Origin: Anaeromyxobacteraceae bacterium
GTDB lineage: Bacteria > Myxococcota > Myxococcia > Myxococcales > Anaeromyxobacteraceae
Assembly (NCBI GenBank): GCA_047602405.1
Contig: JASGHJ010000001.1
Location: forward strand, 1-64,000
Direction: 5' to 3'
Length of the DNA stretch: 64,000 nucleotides
Shown here: positions 61,736-64,000 of the stretch, piece after piece
Layout of the letters: each line of letters starts with the position of its first letter
Position numbering within the stretch: the first letter of the stretch is position 1
Notes under the pieces: model-generated
Database searches by the model: none
Told to the model about the DNA's origin: nothing
The model's input: the letters and a program-made list of their open reading frames with translations, nothing else
Position numbers and translations under genes: made by a program

Positions 61736-62680
61736 TCACGGGCTCGGCAGGATGACCTTGTCGAGCACGTGGATGACGCCGTTCGAGGTGAAGACGTCGG
61801 TGGCCGTGATGTTGGCGGTGCGCGAGCGCTTGTCGGTCACCACGAACCCCGACGAGATGGAGAAGTTCTCGCCCTGCACCGTGTTCGGCTGCGCGCCCGG
61901 CGTGACGTCGGCCTCGAGCACCCGCGCCGCGAGCACGTGGTAGGTGAGCACCTTCGTGACGAGCGCCTTGTTCGCGAGGAGCTGATCCTTCGTGACGCCG
62001 AGCTCGGCGAGGAGCGCCGCGAACGCCGCGTTCGTCGGCGCGAACACCGTGAACGGCCCCGCGCCCTTCAGCGTGGTCGCGAGGTCGGCCGCGACGACCG
62101 CCTCGGCGAGGATGGAGAAGTCCGGCAGCGCGAGGGCCGTGTCGACGAGGTCCTTGTCGGCCGGCAGGATCACGTGGTCGATGACGTGGACGAGCCCGTT
62201 CGTGGCCGCGACGTCGGTGGCGGTGATCTTGGCCGTCCGGTTGCGCCCGTCCTGGATGACGACGTCGGCGCCCGAGGCCTCGATCTTGAAGAACCCGCTG
62301 CCAACCGGCGTGATGGCCTTGCCGAGCGGGATGTCCGCCTTCGCGACCTTCGCACCGAGCACGTGGTACTGCAGCACCGCGGTGAGGAGCGGCTTGTTCG
62401 CGAGGAGCTGCTCCTTCGTGACGCCGAGCTCGGTGAGGAGCGAGGCGAACGCCGCGTTCGTCGGCGCGAAGACCGTGAAGGGCCCGGCGCCCTTCAGCGT
62501 GGAGGTGAGGTCGGCCGCGACGACCGCCTCGACCAGGGTGGAGAGGTCGGGATTGCCCTGCGCGAGCTCCACGATGTCCTTCGTGGGCCCGGTGGTGCCG
62601 TTCGAGTCGTCCTTGTCGTCGCCGCAGGCCACGAGCGCCGCGGCAGCCGCGAGCGCGAACAGGATACGAGCGTGCTTCAT
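61736..62680 (-). CDS. Lipoprotein with two fasciclin (FAS1) domains
   Basis: Lipobox LVAC; GPFTVFAPTNAAF, L.YHV and NG..HV.D.VI each occur twice; GAGGAGG RBS. Confidence 0.96.
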   Translation of the reverse strand: MKHARILFALAAAAALVACGDDKDDSNGTTGPTKDIVELAQGNPDLSTLVEAVVAADLTSTLKGAGPFTVFAPTNAAFASLLTELGVTKEQLLANKPLLTAVLQYHVLGAKVAKADIPLGKAITPVGSGFFKIEASGADVVIQDGRNRTAKITATDVAATNGLVHVIDHVILPADKDLVDTALALPDFSILAEAVVAADLATTLKGAGPFTVFAPTNAAFAALLAELGVTKDQLLANKALVTKVLTYHVLAARVLEADVTPGAQPNTVQGENFSISSGFVVTDKRSRTANITATDVFTSNGVIHVLDKVILPSP

Positions 62681-62736
62681 GATGGGTTCCTCCTCGGGTT
62701 AGAGGCGCGAGCTCGCGCCGCCAGGTCGAGGAGGGG

Positions 62737-62763
62737 TTCGTGTCCAGGGCGCGTCGAGGATGC
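62737..62763 (-). promoter_or_regulatory. Possible SigK-type ECF promoter of the fasciclin gene
   Basis: Minus strand GCATCC-N17-CGAA resembles CATCC/CGAA SigK-type promoters. Confidence 0.4.
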
Positions 62764-62830
62764 GTCTTGCGTGGGTGAAACCTCGATGGAGGTCGGTGCA
62801 TCCAGGAGTGCAGCGCGAACGAACCGGGTT

Positions 62831-62861
62831 CGTTCGTCCTGAGCCTTTCCAAGGACGAACG
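62831..62861 (+). repeat. Degenerate short REP-like element
   Basis: CGTTCGTCCT-GAGCCTTTCCA-AGGACGAACG, related to 46391-46423. Confidence 0.6.
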
Positions 62862-62880
62862 CTGGAAGCTTGGCCGCCGG

Positions 62881-64000
62881 TTAGCGCTTCTTCTCCACGT
62901 ACGGGATGCCCTCGCCGTCGAGCCACGCCTTCGCGCATGCCTCGACGCGCTCGTTCGAGAACGCGAACCAGCGCTCGCGCTCGGCCGGGTGGTCGAGCAG
63001 GACGTCCTTGAAGCGGCGGAACGGGCGCTTCCCCTCCAGGGCGGCGTCGAGCTTTGCCCCCAGCCTGCGATCGCTGCAGGCCTCGGCGAAGTCCTCCATG
63101 TCCTGGTACCCCTCGTGCGACGGCTGGGGCTCGATCTCGAGGAACCGCTCCTCGTCTCCGAGCTCCTCTTCGTCCTCGACGGGGAGCCACTCGTTGTCGC
63201 CGCCCTCGAAGTAGGAGAAGACCTCGCCGGTCTGAAGATCGACGAACCCGCGGTGGCCCGGGTCGTTGTCATCGAAGGCGATGAGGAATTCGTCCAGGTC
63301 GACGGGCGGACACTGCCGGGCCTTCCTCGGCTCCGAGGGCTCGTTCGCGGGAACCGGGTCCGAAGAATCGGACTGGGCCGCCTCGTCGAACGCGGCGACC
63401 ATCTTCTCGGCCGCCTGGCCGTTGTCGGGATCGAGCGCGACGGCCCGCTCGAGGACCGCGCGCGCCTCATCGGCCCTGCCCAGCTGCACGAGGCACACGC
63501 CGAGGTCCCGCAGGCAGTGCAGGAAAGGCTGGTTCTCGTAGAACCGCCACGGAAGGCACCCCGTGAAGCCCTTCCCGAGCGCGTGCTCGCCGAGCGCGAC
63601 GCCGATCTCGAAGTGGCGCGCCGCCGCCTCCAGGCTCGCGCACCTGAGCGCGTCGCCGAGCGCGGCGTGTGCCTCGATGGACCGGACATCGTGCAGCAGG
63701 AGGACCATGGCGAAGGCTACGAGCTCTCCGGGCTCCTTCTCGGGGTCGAGCCCGTTGATGAGCTCCATCGGGTCCTCGCCCTTCACCCGCGGGACCGCGC
63801 GCTCCAGCGAGAACGCCTTCCGGTCGAGATCGGGCGCGTGGCGAGGCTCGACGATGAGCGGCGGCAGCCCGAGGGCCGGGATGTCGAGCCTGGCGTGCTC
63901 GATCCGGCCCGAGAGCACCGGGATGCCTTCACGCGTGCCGTGCTTCTTCGCCCGGACGCTCACGATGGTTCCCGGGAACGGCGTCACGTCGTCCCGATCC
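62881..64000 (-). CDS. TPR protein fused to a C-terminal UPF0158-like domain (frame open to window edge, likely 5' partial)
   Basis: LPWRFYENQPFL..LG TPR; then FVDLQTGEV, SHEGYQDMEDF, GKRPFRRFKD, ERERWFAF, WL. Confidence 0.8.
   Translation of the reverse strand, partial: DRDDVTPFPGTIVSVRAKKHGTREGIPVLSGRIEHARLDIPALGLPPLIVEPRHAPDLDRKAFSLERAVPRVKGEDPMELINGLDPEKEPGELVAFAMVLLLHDVRSIEAHAALGDALRCASLEAAARHFEIGVALGEHALGKGFTGCLPWRFYENQPFLHCLRDLGVCLVQLGRADEARAVLERAVALDPDNGQAAEKMVAAFDEAAQSDSSDPVPANEPSEPRKARQCPPVDLDEFLIAFDDNDPGHRGFVDLQTGEVFSYFEGGDNEWLPVEDEEELGDEERFLEIEPQPSHEGYQDMEDFAEACSDRRLGAKLDAALEGKRPFRRFKDVLLDHPAERERWFAFSNERVEACAKAWLDGEGIPYVEKKR

Overview
Very GC-rich bacterial chromosome segment. 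Gene content (pomXYZ, many receiver domains, ECF sigma factors, dapC-dapD-dapE, sthA, tldDE, serS) points to an Anaeromyxobacter-like myxobacterium. Positions 1-26305 form one giant zero-spacer palindrome centred at 13152/13153. It cuts a gene in half and is most likely a long-read fold-back artefact, so every gene in 1-13152 is a mirror of 13153-26305. Many mismatches between the arms fall on GATC sites, suggesting GATC methylation. Main biological points: (i) a fold-type III PLP decarboxylase plus an ATP-grasp ligase physically tied to a membrane GAF/HisKA_3 kinase, a NarL regulator and extra receivers, a candidate small-molecule signal synthesis and sensing module; (ii) a dispersed REP-like palindromic element (about 12 loci) with GNA-triloop hairpins, inserted in frame inside pomX, pomY (twice) and an anti-sigma gene, where it is nested; (iii) an unannotated, strongly structured ~320-nt intergenic region at 61340-61665 that looks like an ncRNA of a family I cannot name; (iv) a complete pomY-pomZ-pomX cell-division positioning operon with a GATC-dense promoter. 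No rRNA, tRNA, CRISPR array or transposase was seen. All calls are by eye, with no database searches.
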